A stretch of DNA of 64,000 nucleotides. It comes from an uncultured Candidatus Saccharibacteria bacterium. Its GTDB lineage: Bacteria; Patescibacteriota; Saccharimonadia; Saccharimonadales; JALRHH01. Below the pieces are notes generated by a model. It was given only the letters and a program-made list of their open reading frames with translations. It searched no databases and had not been told where the DNA came from. Made by a program: the position numbers and the translations under genes. Of the stretch, positions 27,187-36,715 are shown piece after piece. Location of the stretch: positions 65,304-129,303 of the forward strand of contig CAZXDT010000003.1 of the NCBI GenBank assembly GCA_964639295.1, written 5' to 3'. How positions within the stretch are numbered: the stretch's first letter is position 1; each line of letters begins with the position of its first letter.

Positions 27187-28215
27187 TTATACCTCTAAGC
27201 TGGCCTGGTCAGTTGTTTGTTTTTTATCCAAATGCTTGTATGCCTTTGGGGTGACTTTTCGGCCACGGGGTGTGCGCTCTAACAGTCCAATTTGCATTAA
27301 ATATGGTTCAATGAAGTCCTCAATTGTGGTGCGTTCTTCCGCGGTTAGTGCTGCGAGTGTTTCGACACCAACCGGGCCGCCATTGTAGTTGTCTATGATT
27401 GTGTGTAGTAAGTGCCTGTCAGCTGGATCAAGCCCAAGTTTATCTATTTCTAGCAGGTCTAGAGCGCTGTGACTCACCACAGTATCAATAATTCCATCTC
27501 CGTTAACGTCAGCATAGTCGCGAACGCGTTTGAGCAATCGGTTAGCAATACGGGGTGTCAGACGTGAACGTTCTGCGAGTAGTAGTGCGCCCTTATCGTC
27601 GATTTTCACGTCCAGGATTCCAGCAGCACGTTCAATAATCTTGCCAATTTGTTCTGGTGTATAGAATTCTAAGCGGTGAATGTGACCAAACCTATCGCGG
27701 AGTGGTGCAGCAAGTGCGCCGGTACGAGTAGTTGCGCCAATGAGTGTGAATTTAGGTAAATCCAGGCGCATACTGCGTGCACTTGGACCCTTACCTAACA
27801 TAATGTCTAGTTTGTAATCTTCCATCGCGCTGTAGAGGATCTCTTCAACAGATCGGTGTAATCGGTGAATTTCATCAATGAACAAAATATCACCATCTTG
27901 CAAGTTGGTAAGTAAGCTAGCGAGATCACCTGCCCGCTCAATGGCCGGCCCAGAAGTAATGCGTATCTGCGCGCCCATCTCGTTAGCAATAACACTGGCC
28001 ATAGTAGTCTTACCAAGCCCTGGAGGGCCATACAGCAATACATGATCAAGCGGCTCACCACGCTTCTTAGCTGCGTGAATAGCAAGCTGTAAATTCTTCT
28101 TTAAACGGTCCTGACCAATATAGCTTTCAAAATCATGCGGCCGTAACTTGACCTCAAATTCTTGCTCAACTTCATCCTCAGCCTGCGGCGTAGTGCCAAC
28201 TATTCGTTCAATCAT
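27187..28215 (-). CDS. ruvB: Holliday junction helicase RuvB
   Basis: Walker [10 protein letters not shown], Walker B DEIHRL. Full-length RuvB similarity. Confidence 0.97.
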   Translation of the reverse strand: MIERIVGTTPQAEDEVEQEFEVKLRPHDFESYIGQDRLKKNLQLAIHAAKKRGEPLDHVLLYGPPGLGKTTMASVIANEMGAQIRITSGPAIERAGDLASLLTNLQDGDILFIDEIHRLHRSVEEILYSAMEDYKLDIMLGKGPSARSMRLDLPKFTLIGATTRTGALAAPLRDRFGHIHRLEFYTPEQIGKIIERAAGILDVKIDDKGALLLAERSRLTPRIANRLLKRVRDYADVNGDGIIDTVVSHSALDLLEIDKLGLDPADRHLLHTIIDNYNGGPVGVETLAALTAEERTTIEDFIEPYLMQIGLLERTPRGRKVTPKAYKHLDKKQTTDQASLEV

Positions 28216-28252
28216 TACTGGCTATTATAGCCTAATTTGCAAAAAGGTTACG

Positions 28253-28831
28253 CTACTTGGATTTGAGAGCCAATGTAACACGCTCTTCTGTTGAGAGATC
28301 TGTGTCTACATCTTTTAATGCAGCTGCGGCATCTTGTGGGGAGTAACCCAGGCTCATGAGGGCTTCCACCGCTTCATCACCACTAACTATGCCGGGTCGT
28401 CCGACAATTCCTTCTGCTGCATCACTTGATACTAAACCTACTTTGTCCCGAAGTTCTACAACGATCTGCTCTGCTGCACGTTTACCTACGCCCTTAGCAC
28501 TTTGAAGAAGTTTTACGTCGCCCGCAGCGATTGCGCCACGAACACCAGCAGCATTGCCTATATCAAGCACAGCTAATGCTACCTTGGGGCCAACATTCTT
28601 TACACCTAACAATTGTTCAAATAATTTCTTAGTGTCTAGGTTCACAAATCCAAATAGATCATAGCTCTGTTCGCGGATATGCTCATATACGTACAACTTT
28701 GCTTGTTCGCCAGATGGTAGCCGACCAAAATCTTCTGCCGTCACACTCAATCCATAGCCGACACCAGCAACATCAAGTACAACTTGTGTACCAATTTTCT
28801 CCGAAACTGTTCCTTTGAGTGTCAAAATCAT
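28253..28831 (-). CDS. ruvA: Holliday junction DNA-binding protein RuvA
   Basis: OB-fold N-terminus, HhH motifs (VGPKVALAVL, GVGKRAAEQI) and a C-terminal domain III. Confidence 0.92.
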   Translation of the reverse strand: MILTLKGTVSEKIGTQVVLDVAGVGYGLSVTAEDFGRLPSGEQAKLYVYEHIREQSYDLFGFVNLDTKKLFEQLLGVKNVGPKVALAVLDIGNAAGVRGAIAAGDVKLLQSAKGVGKRAAEQIVVELRDKVGLVSSDAAEGIVGRPGIVSGDEAVEALMSLGYSPQDAAAALKDVDTDLSTEERVTLALKSK

Positions 28832-28835
28832 AAAT

Positions 28836-29312
28836 TTATTGTCTCACACTCTGCGCACATGTAAGTGCTGCTGCAATTGCATCTGCCGCATCGTCTGGTT
28901 TGGGTACTGATTCCAAACCTAAAATTACGCGCACCATTTCTTGAACCTGCTTTTTATCAGCCTTGCCGTATCCACTGACTGCCATTTTAATTTCCATAGG
29001 TGTGTACTCATATAATTCCATGCCGTGTTGTTTACCACAGAGTAGTACTACACCACGGGCCTGTGACACACTCATCGCCGTCGTCACATTTTGGGCAAAG
29101 AATAATTTCTCAACCGACATAACGGTTGGTTTTAGTTCTGTAATAATTTCATGCAACTCATCGTAGATAGTTACCAGCCGATCACTATCCGCCTGGTTTA
29201 CTGGCGTACGTATTACGCCGCCATCAACAAGCGTAGCTTTGCCGCGAGCGTCAACATCAATAACCCCAAACCCCAATATCCCCGTTCCTGGATCAATCCC
29301 TAGTATTCTCAT
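28836..29312 (-). CDS. ruvC: Holliday junction resolvase RuvC
   Basis: MRILGIDPG catalytic Asp, the EKLFF glutamate motif and the C-terminal DAADA motif. Confidence 0.92.
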   Translation of the reverse strand: MRILGIDPGTGILGFGVIDVDARGKATLVDGGVIRTPVNQADSDRLVTIYDELHEIITELKPTVMSVEKLFFAQNVTTAMSVSQARGVVLLCGKQHGMELYEYTPMEIKMAVSGYGKADKKQVQEMVRVILGLESVPKPDDAADAIAAALTCAQSVRQ

Positions 29313-29824
29313 TGATCACTACCTACGAGTTCAAATGTTCTTGGATAGTTATTACGTATTGTTTCTAAACCTCCGGCAGCAAGCCTTAAAGGGTGAAATG
29401 TCACTCCGTAATCGTGTTCTGCATGCCCGAGGGTTTCTGCTAGGAACATCTCTTTATCTGGAACATGCGTGACTCCCTGTGGCAAGCCGTCCATGAGTGA
29501 TGCATAAGCACAGACATGCTGCAGGGCAACCCTTTCATCCTCCTCCGGCTTAAGCAGGTCCACAGGCATCTCAAATTCCTCATAAATCCGATCGTTATGA
29601 AGACTAGACACACTCTTAAACATCCCCTTTATTGCATCATCGTTTTGCAAAACAGCTTGTCGCCAATTGTACGAGTTAAGCAGTTCTGGGTCTTTTATGG
29701 CCGCAGTGTATATACCAACAAGTGCGATAGCAGGAATGTAGGGAGTCATCTTTTCCGGCCTCTCAAGCCCGTCAACTTCATCCCGCCAAAACTTAAATCC
29801 CTGTTCAAGCCTGAATGTATTCAT
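29309..29824 (-). CDS. Hypothetical protein (171 aa) inside the yebC-ruvCAB operon
   Basis: 4-nt overlaps on both sides. No recognisable motif. Confidence 0.55.
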   Translation of the reverse strand: MNTFRLEQGFKFWRDEVDGLERPEKMTPYIPAIALVGIYTAAIKDPELLNSYNWRQAVLQNDDAIKGMFKSVSSLHNDRIYEEFEMPVDLLKPEEDERVALQHVCAYASLMDGLPQGVTHVPDKEMFLAETLGHAEHDYGVTFHPLRLAAGGLETIRNNYPRTFELVGSDQ

Positions 29825-30180
29825 TCTCTTTTACCTAGTCTTCGTATCCCTATAAAACCAACAGCCGATGCAGAATACAGGACAGCATACACCAACATGT
29901 TTGCTTGACGACCACTCATGCCTAAAGCGTAGTTGTATCTATCAAATACGTGCCACTCACCATCAATTAATAACAATCTGTGATCTAGGATTGGAAAGCC
30001 CGCATTTGCCCCACCCTTCTGATAAGACGTTTTTTCGCAACCAAGGGCACTGTCAATTTCGCAAGTCGGTGCGTCAACAATCATCTGATTCCATCTAAAC
30101 TGCTCAGTTAACCGAGCTGTTGCGTAACCTAGTAGCAAGACAACAACTAAAAATACTATCGCCTTATGCCGTTTAGGCAC
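29821..30180 (-). CDS. Hypothetical single-TM protein (GTG start 30180; longest ORF extends to 30240)
   Basis: GAGGAA lies 8 nt upstream of the GTG. The 30240 start would overlap the yebC-family gene by 68 nt. One TM helix (AIVFLVVVLLLGYATA). Confidence 0.5.
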   Translation of the reverse strand: MPKRHKAIVFLVVVLLLGYATARLTEQFRWNQMIVDAPTCEIDSALGCEKTSYQKGGANAGFPILDHRLLLIDGEWHVFDRYNYALGMSGRQANMLVYAVLYSASAVGFIGIRRLGKRE

Positions 30181-30901
30181 CGAGAAGTTCCTCTGGGATG
30201 TCGAAGTTAACGTGGGTTGCAGTGACATCGTCGTGATCATCTAGAGCATCCATCATGCGCATGATTTTGCCAGCCGTTACAGCATCTTCAACAACGACCG
30301 TGTTGTTAGGTACATACGTCAGTGAAGCTTCCAGGATTTCTACACCTGCTGCATTCAAGGCATCACGAACTTTAGCGAGTTCTTTAGGGTCGGTATAGAC
30401 AATGGATTCCGTGCCTTCTTCTTGCATGTCTTCTGCACCCGCGTCGAGAACTTGTAGCATCAAGTCGTCACCAGTACCGTTTACACGAATAACGCCCTTA
30501 CGCTCAAACTGGAAAGCCACAGAGCCCTTCTCTGCCATGTTGCCACCATGTTTGCTGAATGCCAGACGGACTTCAGGGAGCGTACGATTTGTGTTGTCAG
30601 TAGCGGCCTCCACTAAGACTGCGGTACCACCAGGACCGTAGCCCTCGTACATCACTTCTTGTAACTGTGCAGCATTTTTATCTGACACTCGCTGAATTGC
30701 CCGCTCAATATTACTTGACGGCATGTTGGCAGCCCTTGCCTTGTCTATGGCTAGACGTAACGCAAAGTTAGTATCAGGGTCAACACCGCCACGAGCAGCT
30801 AGGGCAATAGCATTACCAAGTTTTGTGAACAAGACGCCACGCTTGGCATCATTTGCGCCTTTTGCGCGCTTAATTGTTTCCCATTTTGAGTGTCCAGACA
30901 T
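30173..30901 (-). CDS. YebC/PmpR family DNA-binding transcriptional regulator
   Basis: MSGHSKWETIKRAKG N-terminus. Family-typical sequence throughout. Confidence 0.95.
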   Translation of the reverse strand: MSGHSKWETIKRAKGANDAKRGVLFTKLGNAIALAARGGVDPDTNFALRLAIDKARAANMPSSNIERAIQRVSDKNAAQLQEVMYEGYGPGGTAVLVEAATDNTNRTLPEVRLAFSKHGGNMAEKGSVAFQFERKGVIRVNGTGDDLMLQVLDAGAEDMQEEGTESIVYTDPKELAKVRDALNAAGVEILEASLTYVPNNTVVVEDAVTAGKIMRMMDALDDHDDVTATHVNFDIPEELLGA

Positions 30902-31011
30902 GGGCAGAGACTCCGTTTAAATCACTATTCTTCCCTGTTATTGTATCACATTGCATCTACATCGCTTCTTTAAAAGCTTGACTTTACAAAAACCTGTAGT
31001 TTAATCAGGTT

Positions 31012-31770
31012 ATGGATAATGGTGAACACTACGACCGCGCACTTGTACCCGAACACCTAACTGGACTGACCATTGAAAACTTGCCTCTTGATGAGGCATT
31101 TTTTATTTTTCCTGAAGGAGATAATGGTTACAGTCCACCGACAGTTTTTGTAGGTGCGAATCGGGAGCTCGTGATCAATCGCGATTATGATATAGACATG
31201 GATACCAAAAAACCGGGCACTCCGGTCGGACGCGTTGGGGTGATGAGAACAATGGTTATCCACCCCGATACTAACGAAGTTACTGAGCATATAATTGCAG
31301 ACTTGCGGTTTGTTGAGTGGCACTCGCTCACCCATGTAGACAACGGCCCACAAGACATAAGTGACCAAGAAAGCTTTATGGCCTTAGTTGATTTGGTTGC
31401 TCAAGGCCTTGTGGTTGATGCATTTATTGCCCCGGACAAGGATTTCAATTACGAGAAGGATAAAAAAATTCCAAAAGGTACATTCTTTGGCCCGTCCGAG
31501 CTATACCCTAACCTTGATAAATTACAGGAACGTGGCAGCAAATTAATGAAGAAGTTCCTGAGCCGTGAAGCGGGCGCACAAGCTAAGCCGATTGAAGAAC
31601 GTCAAGGCCGTGCCAGCAGGTTTATGAAACAGATTCTTAGGCGAGGCAGCAACTCTACGACTAATACTGGAAAACCCACCAAGACCAAAGAAAAACCATC
31701 CAAAGCTGATAAGTCAAAGAAGCCAGCGCAAGACCCCAGCACAAAATTTAATGGTCCTTCAAATCCCTGA
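31012..31770 (+). CDS. Hypothetical protein with a Lys-rich disordered C-terminal tail
   Basis: 252-aa ORF. The promoter-like TTGACT-16 nt-TTTAAT ends 6 nt before the ATG. Confidence 0.55.
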   Translation: MDNGEHYDRALVPEHLTGLTIENLPLDEAFFIFPEGDNGYSPPTVFVGANRELVINRDYDIDMDTKKPGTPVGRVGVMRTMVIHPDTNEVTEHIIADLRFVEWHSLTHVDNGPQDISDQESFMALVDLVAQGLVVDAFIAPDKDFNYEKDKKIPKGTFFGPSELYPNLDKLQERGSKLMKKFLSREAGAQAKPIEERQGRASRFMKQILRRGSNSTTNTGKPTKTKEKPSKADKSKKPAQDPSTKFNGPSNP

Positions 31771-31771
31771 A

Positions 31772-32227
31772 TTAGTCCCAGGGTTGGATTTCTCCATCCG
31801 GCTTTGTATCACAACCGTAATCTTGTAGTACGGCCGCCGTATAATCATCAGCTGCCTGCAAAGGTGAGTCGGGGTCTGTTAATCCTATAAAGTGAAGTGT
31901 CTCAAACTTCTTTGACCCAGGAGTAACTTTTACGCCGTCATCCCCTTCTTGTGCAACCACAACTCTGCTCATTTTATACGGCGAGACTTCCAGGCAAGAG
32001 TTCACAACTCCATCTTCCGTTATTCTTTCTGGGTAACCGGCAGAGTAATCAAAACCATAGCGTGCTGCCACACTAGCCCGTTCACGGAACTGAGCAGAAG
32101 AGTCAAAATCATGAGAGTCTGCTAATTTGAACCCACAACTAGTTAAGGCCAAACTAGCCAAGCTGGCACCGATAACAACAACTACGCGTTTGCGTTTAGT
32201 GTTTGGATTTCCGAGTAATTCGCCCAC
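31772..32227 (-). CDS. Hypothetical lipoprotein
   Basis: Signal peptide with a lipobox (LALTSC). Confidence 0.6.
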   Translation of the reverse strand: MGELLGNPNTKRKRVVVVIGASLASLALTSCGFKLADSHDFDSSAQFRERASVAARYGFDYSAGYPERITEDGVVNSCLEVSPYKMSRVVVAQEGDDGVKVTPGSKKFETLHFIGLTDPDSPLQAADDYTAAVLQDYGCDTKPDGEIQPWD

Positions 32228-32374
32228 AGTAATGCCCTACATTAATTACATATGTAATACACCTCTAGTATTTACTTTGCAAGCATAACAAAAACAAAAT
32301 CACCCTCTCTCGCAAAGTGCTTATACTTGCACATTTGAGTGTTTAGATAGAAAATGGCTTAAAAGAGGGAGATC

Positions 32375-33130
32375 ATGAGTAATCAAAAACAACCCGCCGT
32401 CCTAGTTATGCGAGCTGTTACGGAGTTTAGGTTCCGTAAGAAAAGATTTGGTTTAGTAGACGAAAGAGGCAAGCTTGTTGATCAGCTCATTGACGAAGAT
32501 CGGTATACAAAAACCGCGATAACTGGCGACAAGATTGACGTTGCCTCAGATGACTTAACTGAGAAGCTATTCTTCTCTACGGTTAATATTGGCGTGCAGC
32601 GTGAGGCTATAAGTGATTTCAAGCAGTTCGGAGCAGCAATAACCCAGCTTTCCAATAATCAACATGTTCAAGGCGCCTTGGAATCCACGGAGATAATACG
32701 CGTTGGAACAAAAGCGAGTATTTTCTACTATAGGAAGGGCCTGGGTAGCTACGAGCAAATTAAGAGGTTCTATAAAGAGGGCTTCATTGAAGATAGTGTC
32801 AAGTTTGACAAGGCACTAGGTGGCTCGGTGAATGATACTATATATAACTTCGATTTCACAAAGAGCGATAAAAAAGGCCATCTCCAAATTGCCCCAATTA
32901 CTAAAGATCAGTTTGTGAATCAAATCGTGCAAGACCCTGTTGTCTATAACAAGCCGGGTGTAATCAAGGCGGAGTACGGGCTTCTTTTCGATATTGATAT
33001 ATATGACGATACTCTCGACGGAGTCACATACCCGAACTCACCCACTATTGCTAAGGAGTGTTGGAAAGAGGTTGAAGAGGTTTTTAAGAATTTATTGAAG
33101 CTAATCAGTGGTGATAATTATGGAAAATAA
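32375..33130 (+). CDS. Hypothetical cytoplasmic protein (251 aa)
   Basis: GAGGGAG SD 5 nt upstream. No motif that I can assign. Visibly more AT-rich than the flanks. Confidence 0.6.
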   Translation: MSNQKQPAVLVMRAVTEFRFRKKRFGLVDERGKLVDQLIDEDRYTKTAITGDKIDVASDDLTEKLFFSTVNIGVQREAISDFKQFGAAITQLSNNQHVQGALESTEIIRVGTKASIFYYRKGLGSYEQIKRFYKEGFIEDSVKFDKALGGSVNDTIYNFDFTKSDKKGHLQIAPITKDQFVNQIVQDPVVYNKPGVIKAEYGLLFDIDIYDDTLDGVTYPNSPTIAKECWKEVEEVFKNLLKLISGDNYGK

Positions 33131-33590
33131 AAGCGATGGTACGAACTTAAGCTCGTACCGAGCATCTTACGAAAGTGTGGAGAATAGCACCACGGAGAAG
33201 ACCGGTGAAGCTGCAATACCACCGACATCTAATGATGCTATGGCAGGGAAGGCCGCATCTTTCGCTGGAGCATTCCAAGGTTTCACGGCTACCGTTAAGG
33301 ATGAGTTAGCGGCAAGTGCTTTAGTAATTAGCATTGTGGGGTACATAATAATCGCCGCATTTGGTGAACTCGATGCAATACGATATTACGGCTACATTGC
33401 GTTTCTCTTCATGTCTTTCGCTCTTTACAAATTTGCGGCCAAGACCATTACTATTCGCATACGGATAAAACAACCAAATCCTATGTTAATTGGTATTACA
33501 GTGATGTGTGTAGTAGCAGTCGTATTCGCGTACAGGAAGCCAGTTGGTGAGGCGTTGAAGTTTGTATGGGATCATATACCTAAAAAGTAG
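33120..33590 (+). CDS. Hypothetical membrane protein (about 3 TM helices) overlapping the upstream gene
   Basis: ATG 33120 overlaps the upstream stop by 11 nt. Hydrophobic segments include LVISIVGYIIIAAF, YIAFLFMSFALY and LIGITVMCVVAVVFA. Confidence 0.55.
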   Translation: MENKSDGTNLSSYRASYESVENSTTEKTGEAAIPPTSNDAMAGKAASFAGAFQGFTATVKDELAASALVISIVGYIIIAAFGELDAIRYYGYIAFLFMSFALYKFAAKTITIRIRIKQPNPMLIGITVMCVVAVVFAYRKPVGEALKFVWDHIPKK

Positions 33591-33679
33591 TAGGTGCCTG
33601 ATTAAGCAGCCCCTGGTGCAGATACCCGCATGCGCTATAATCTCTTTTTTTCCTGAACGAGACTCAAACTGCCTAGAAA

Positions 33680-34405
33680 TTATTGTGGCAGTAGCTGACC
33701 TGGACAGGCTACTAGAACAGATCTCATCGCGTTCCTCTCAGCATCCGTGATCCAGAGGTTATATCTAATCTTTACGGCTATTTGCCTAGCAACATAACGA
33801 CAGCGGTAATCTTTGTTTGGTGGGAGCCATGATGCTGCGTCACTATCACTTTTGTTATTGTTCGCTGGGCCATCTACTGCTAGTAGATTGAGGGGGTCGT
33901 TGTAGAACTGGTAGCGCAAATCTGGTGTAAGTTGCTTGGCGCCCTTTTGCCAAGCATCTGACACAGCGACGACGTGATCAATCTGTACCGTCTGGCTACT
34001 AGTTGCGCCACGTTGGAACGCAATGGTCTTGCCTGTGTATGGATCTGGTTGTAGCGTGCCGTTGAGCACCTTACAGCCATCTTCATCTAATGTGGTGTTC
34101 TGTAAATCACGGAGCAGTATCAGTTCACGCAAACTACAGCCATTAATTCGACCCCAATCATTACTAAACTGTTCGCGTGTATAGCCAGTCTTTGGCGCAC
34201 GTCCTTTTATCTGCAACTTATCAAGGGCTTGGATTGCCGGAGTAGACGTAACAGGCGTCTGCTCGGTAACGACATTCTGAGTATGAGTAGGTACGGGTTC
34301 TTGAGCCAACTGCTCTTGAACCGCACTTGATACCGCTCCAGCGATAATCAACAACAGAGCCAAAATGACTACCGAGAACCGTCTCCGTCGCTCAATCACG
34401 CCCAC
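33680..34405 (-). CDS. Secreted or membrane-anchored HNH-type nuclease (DUF1524 family)
   Basis: N-terminal TM/signal anchor (FSVVILALLLIIAGAV). The C-terminal motif is IDHVVAVSDAW...LLAVDGPANNNKSD...WLPPN. Confidence 0.75.
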   Translation of the reverse strand: MGVIERRRRFSVVILALLLIIAGAVSSAVQEQLAQEPVPTHTQNVVTEQTPVTSTPAIQALDKLQIKGRAPKTGYTREQFSNDWGRINGCSLRELILLRDLQNTTLDEDGCKVLNGTLQPDPYTGKTIAFQRGATSSQTVQIDHVVAVSDAWQKGAKQLTPDLRYQFYNDPLNLLAVDGPANNNKSDSDAASWLPPNKDYRCRYVARQIAVKIRYNLWITDAERNAMRSVLVACPGQLLPQ

Positions 34406-34465
34406 AATATCACTCGCCCATGCTTCATAAGCAGAATTATACCTTATCCGTGTATATGGTTTACG

Positions 34466-34493
34466 TTGACTTTTCCCTGTAAATCTGGATAAT
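34466..34493 (+). promoter_or_regulatory. Sigma-70-type promoter for tRNA-Lys
   Basis: TTGACT, 16 nt, then GATAAT preceded by TG. It ends about 25 nt before the tRNA. Confidence 0.45.
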
Positions 34494-34517
34494 GTAAGGA
34501 GTTAATTTACCAGCTAA

Positions 34518-34594
34518 GGGTCCATAGCTCAGCCGGTTAGAGCACCTGCCTTTTAAGCAGGGTGTCGTGGGTTCGAGTCCCACTGGACCCTCCA
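34518..34594 (+). tRNA. tRNA-Lys (anticodon TTT)
   Basis: Acceptor GGGTCCA/TGGACCC, anticodon stem-loop CCTGC-CTTTTAA-GCAGG, T-arm GGTTCGAGTCC, encoded CCA. Confidence 0.88.
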
Positions 34595-34601
34595 AACAAA
34601 G

Positions 34602-34625
34602 AACTCCCTTCCGGGAGTTTTTTGC
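34602..34625 (+). terminator. Rho-independent terminator after tRNA-Lys
   Basis: The aactccc-ttcc-gggagtt hairpin is followed by TTTTTG. Confidence 0.7.
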
Positions 34626-34637
34626 TATAGTTAGGCG

Positions 34638-34898
34638 ATGCGCTTTATGCAACCCTTAAAAGATTCTACTGGCGAAATTGTAATATACCAACGTCCAAAC
34701 ATCCCCATCACTAGCTGGGCGGTATTCAAACTAGCAGCACTTTTAAGTTCAAACGAACAACTTACTAACACTTTCAATATCCTTGGCACCCTTTCCTTGC
34801 TCATCTGGGCGACCTTGGAAATAACCAATGGTGTCAATGTATTTCGAAGGCTGTTGGGCTTGGTCGTATTTGCTGCAACTATCGCCCACTATCTCTAG
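34638..34898 (+). CDS. Hypothetical small membrane protein
   Basis: 86-aa ORF with two or three hydrophobic segments. Confidence 0.45.
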   Translation: MRFMQPLKDSTGEIVIYQRPNIPITSWAVFKLAALLSSNEQLTNTFNILGTLSLLIWATLEITNGVNVFRRLLGLVVFAATIAHYL

Positions 34899-35389
34899 TG
34901 ATGTTTGCTGTGACCCTTAGTTTTGAACAGTGTCCACGATAGAACAAGGTTAGACACAACGGCGACTGCCGTGACAAGATCTTGCGAATTACGAATAGAC
35001 CCACCATATGTTGAATCGTAAATACTCTGTGAGAAACCTGGTGCAAGCAACGGCAATAGTAAGTTGCCCAAAAGCATTCCAGAAAAAATTAATGGAATAA
35101 ACTGGAAAACTACACTTCTTCCCTGTGTCTTCCGTAACAAAAATAGAGTCAGGATAACAGGTAAAACAAGCAGCCCTACACGGGCAGCGATGACAGAATT
35201 TGAGCCTTTAATAATTGTGGCGAGTACTAAATCAACGCTATCACTCAGCGCCATTTGTAATAAATAACCCGCGCAAATACTCATAAATACATGTACCGCA
35301 TGAACGCGAAAAACCAGTGCCAAAAACACTGGTACAACAATAATTGCGCCAAAAACGATAAGCGGAATCATACGCTCATGATAGCACAA
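34895..35389 (-). CDS. Hypothetical polytopic membrane protein, last gene of the ATP-grasp operon (TTG 35389 or ATG 35371 start)
   Basis: Four or five TM helices. It begins 3-21 nt after the DUF192 gene stop. Confidence 0.6.
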   Translation of the reverse strand: MCYHERMIPLIVFGAIIVVPVFLALVFRVHAVHVFMSICAGYLLQMALSDSVDLVLATIIKGSNSVIAARVGLLVLPVILTLFLLRKTQGRSVVFQFIPLIFSGMLLGNLLLPLLAPGFSQSIYDSTYGGSIRNSQDLVTAVAVVSNLVLSWTLFKTKGHSKHH

Positions 35390-35392
35390 ATA

Positions 35393-35827
35393 CTAGAGGT
35401 GAACTTGATCACCAATTTTGAGGTTAAGCCCGGCGGCATTGCCTGCTACAAACTCAATGACATTACGGCCTTGATGGCAGAATTCTTTTGGATATGTATC
35501 GTTCCCCACATTTGGTTCTATAGCTGAAACACGGTTCTGATCATCAAGCCAAACAATATCAATCGAAAACAGCATATCCTTCATCCAGAAACATTGCTCT
35601 GCAGTGTTACGATAACTAAATACCATTGCCTGGTCTGGTGCTAGATAGCTACGACCCGAGAGCCCACGAACCTGTACTTCACGCGTCTTAGCAATCTCGT
35701 AAGAAAAACGCATGCCATTGATACTCATTTTTGTATGATTGTCATACCAACTGCCAAACAAAAATAAGGCAACACCAATGAATAGAATAGAACTATATAT
35801 CAGCAGTTTTTTCTTACGCGCCAACAC
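35393..35827 (-). CDS. DUF192 (COG1430) family protein with an N-terminal membrane anchor
   Basis: Has the motifs ...MVFSY...CFWMKDMLFSIDIVWLD... and a C-terminal ...EFVAGNAAGLNLKIGD. Confidence 0.7.
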   Translation of the reverse strand: MLARKKKLLIYSSILFIGVALFLFGSWYDNHTKMSINGMRFSYEIAKTREVQVRGLSGRSYLAPDQAMVFSYRNTAEQCFWMKDMLFSIDIVWLDDQNRVSAIEPNVGNDTYPKEFCHQGRNVIEFVAGNAAGLNLKIGDQVHL

Positions 35828-36713
35828 GGTCTTTCCGGTGACCGCGGTGAGCGTTACGCTCTATGTACTCAACGATCTTTCCGGCAATATTCCGACCAGT
35901 CACTTGTTCAATTCCCTCTAAGCCAGGGGTAGAATTGACCTCAAGCACCAATGGTCCACGGTTGGAACGTATCATATCAACACCGCATATACTTAAGCCC
36001 ATGGCCTTAGCTGCTTTAATTGCAGTTCGTTTTTCTTCTTCAGTTAACTTAATCGCGGTACCTGTGCCACCTTGATGAATATTAGAGCGGAAGTCATCGT
36101 CCAAACTCTGGCGCTTATAGCTAGCAATTACTTGACTGCCAATAACAAACGCTCGTATATCTGACCCGCCGGCTTCCTCGATAAATTCCTGGAGTAAAAA
36201 GCTGGTATCGTTCACATAGAATGCCTGTGCAACAGATTTTGCAGCCTTGCGAGTTTCTGCCAATACAACACCATTTCCTTGTGTACCACTAGCTAGTTTA
36301 ATAATCATTGGTACACCAATACGGTCAATCAAGTCATCAACCTGATCAGTTTCCCTGGAAAAGAGGGTCTTTGGGATCCCGATGCCTGCTTTGCTCATTA
36401 ATTGTGTTGAGCGAAGCTTATCGCGTGATCGGACAATAGCAATTGATTTTGCTGTGGTGTATGTCCCCATCATTTCAAACTGTCGGACTATAGCCGCACC
36501 ATACGCTGTCATACCTGGCATAATTCGGGGTATGATTACATCAAAGTTATCTAGTGACTCACCACGATAACGTACAGCGGGTCGATCTTCTTCGAGCTCT
36601 ACGTAACATTCAGGAAACCTAATAGAAACAGCTTCGTGACCACGTAGAATAGCCTCTTCCTTGATACGACGCACAGTGTAACCTGGCTTGCGAGTTAAAA
36701 TTGCAATTCTCAT
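35814..36713 (-). CDS. rimK: RimK, ATP-grasp alpha-L-glutamate ligase (ribosomal protein S6 modification family)
   Basis: Collinear with E. coli RimK over its full length (MRIAILTR..., RDKLRSTQL, KLASGTQGNGVVLAE, DIRAFVIG, DFRSNIHQGG, GVDMIRSNRGPLVLEVNSTPGLEGIE). Confidence 0.92.
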   Translation of the reverse strand: MRIAILTRKPGYTVRRIKEEAILRGHEAVSIRFPECYVELEEDRPAVRYRGESLDNFDVIIPRIMPGMTAYGAAIVRQFEMMGTYTTAKSIAIVRSRDKLRSTQLMSKAGIGIPKTLFSRETDQVDDLIDRIGVPMIIKLASGTQGNGVVLAETRKAAKSVAQAFYVNDTSFLLQEFIEEAGGSDIRAFVIGSQVIASYKRQSLDDDFRSNIHQGGTGTAIKLTEEEKRTAIKAAKAMGLSICGVDMIRSNRGPLVLEVNSTPGLEGIEQVTGRNIAGKIVEYIERNAHRGHRKDRVGA

Positions 36714-36715
36714 AA

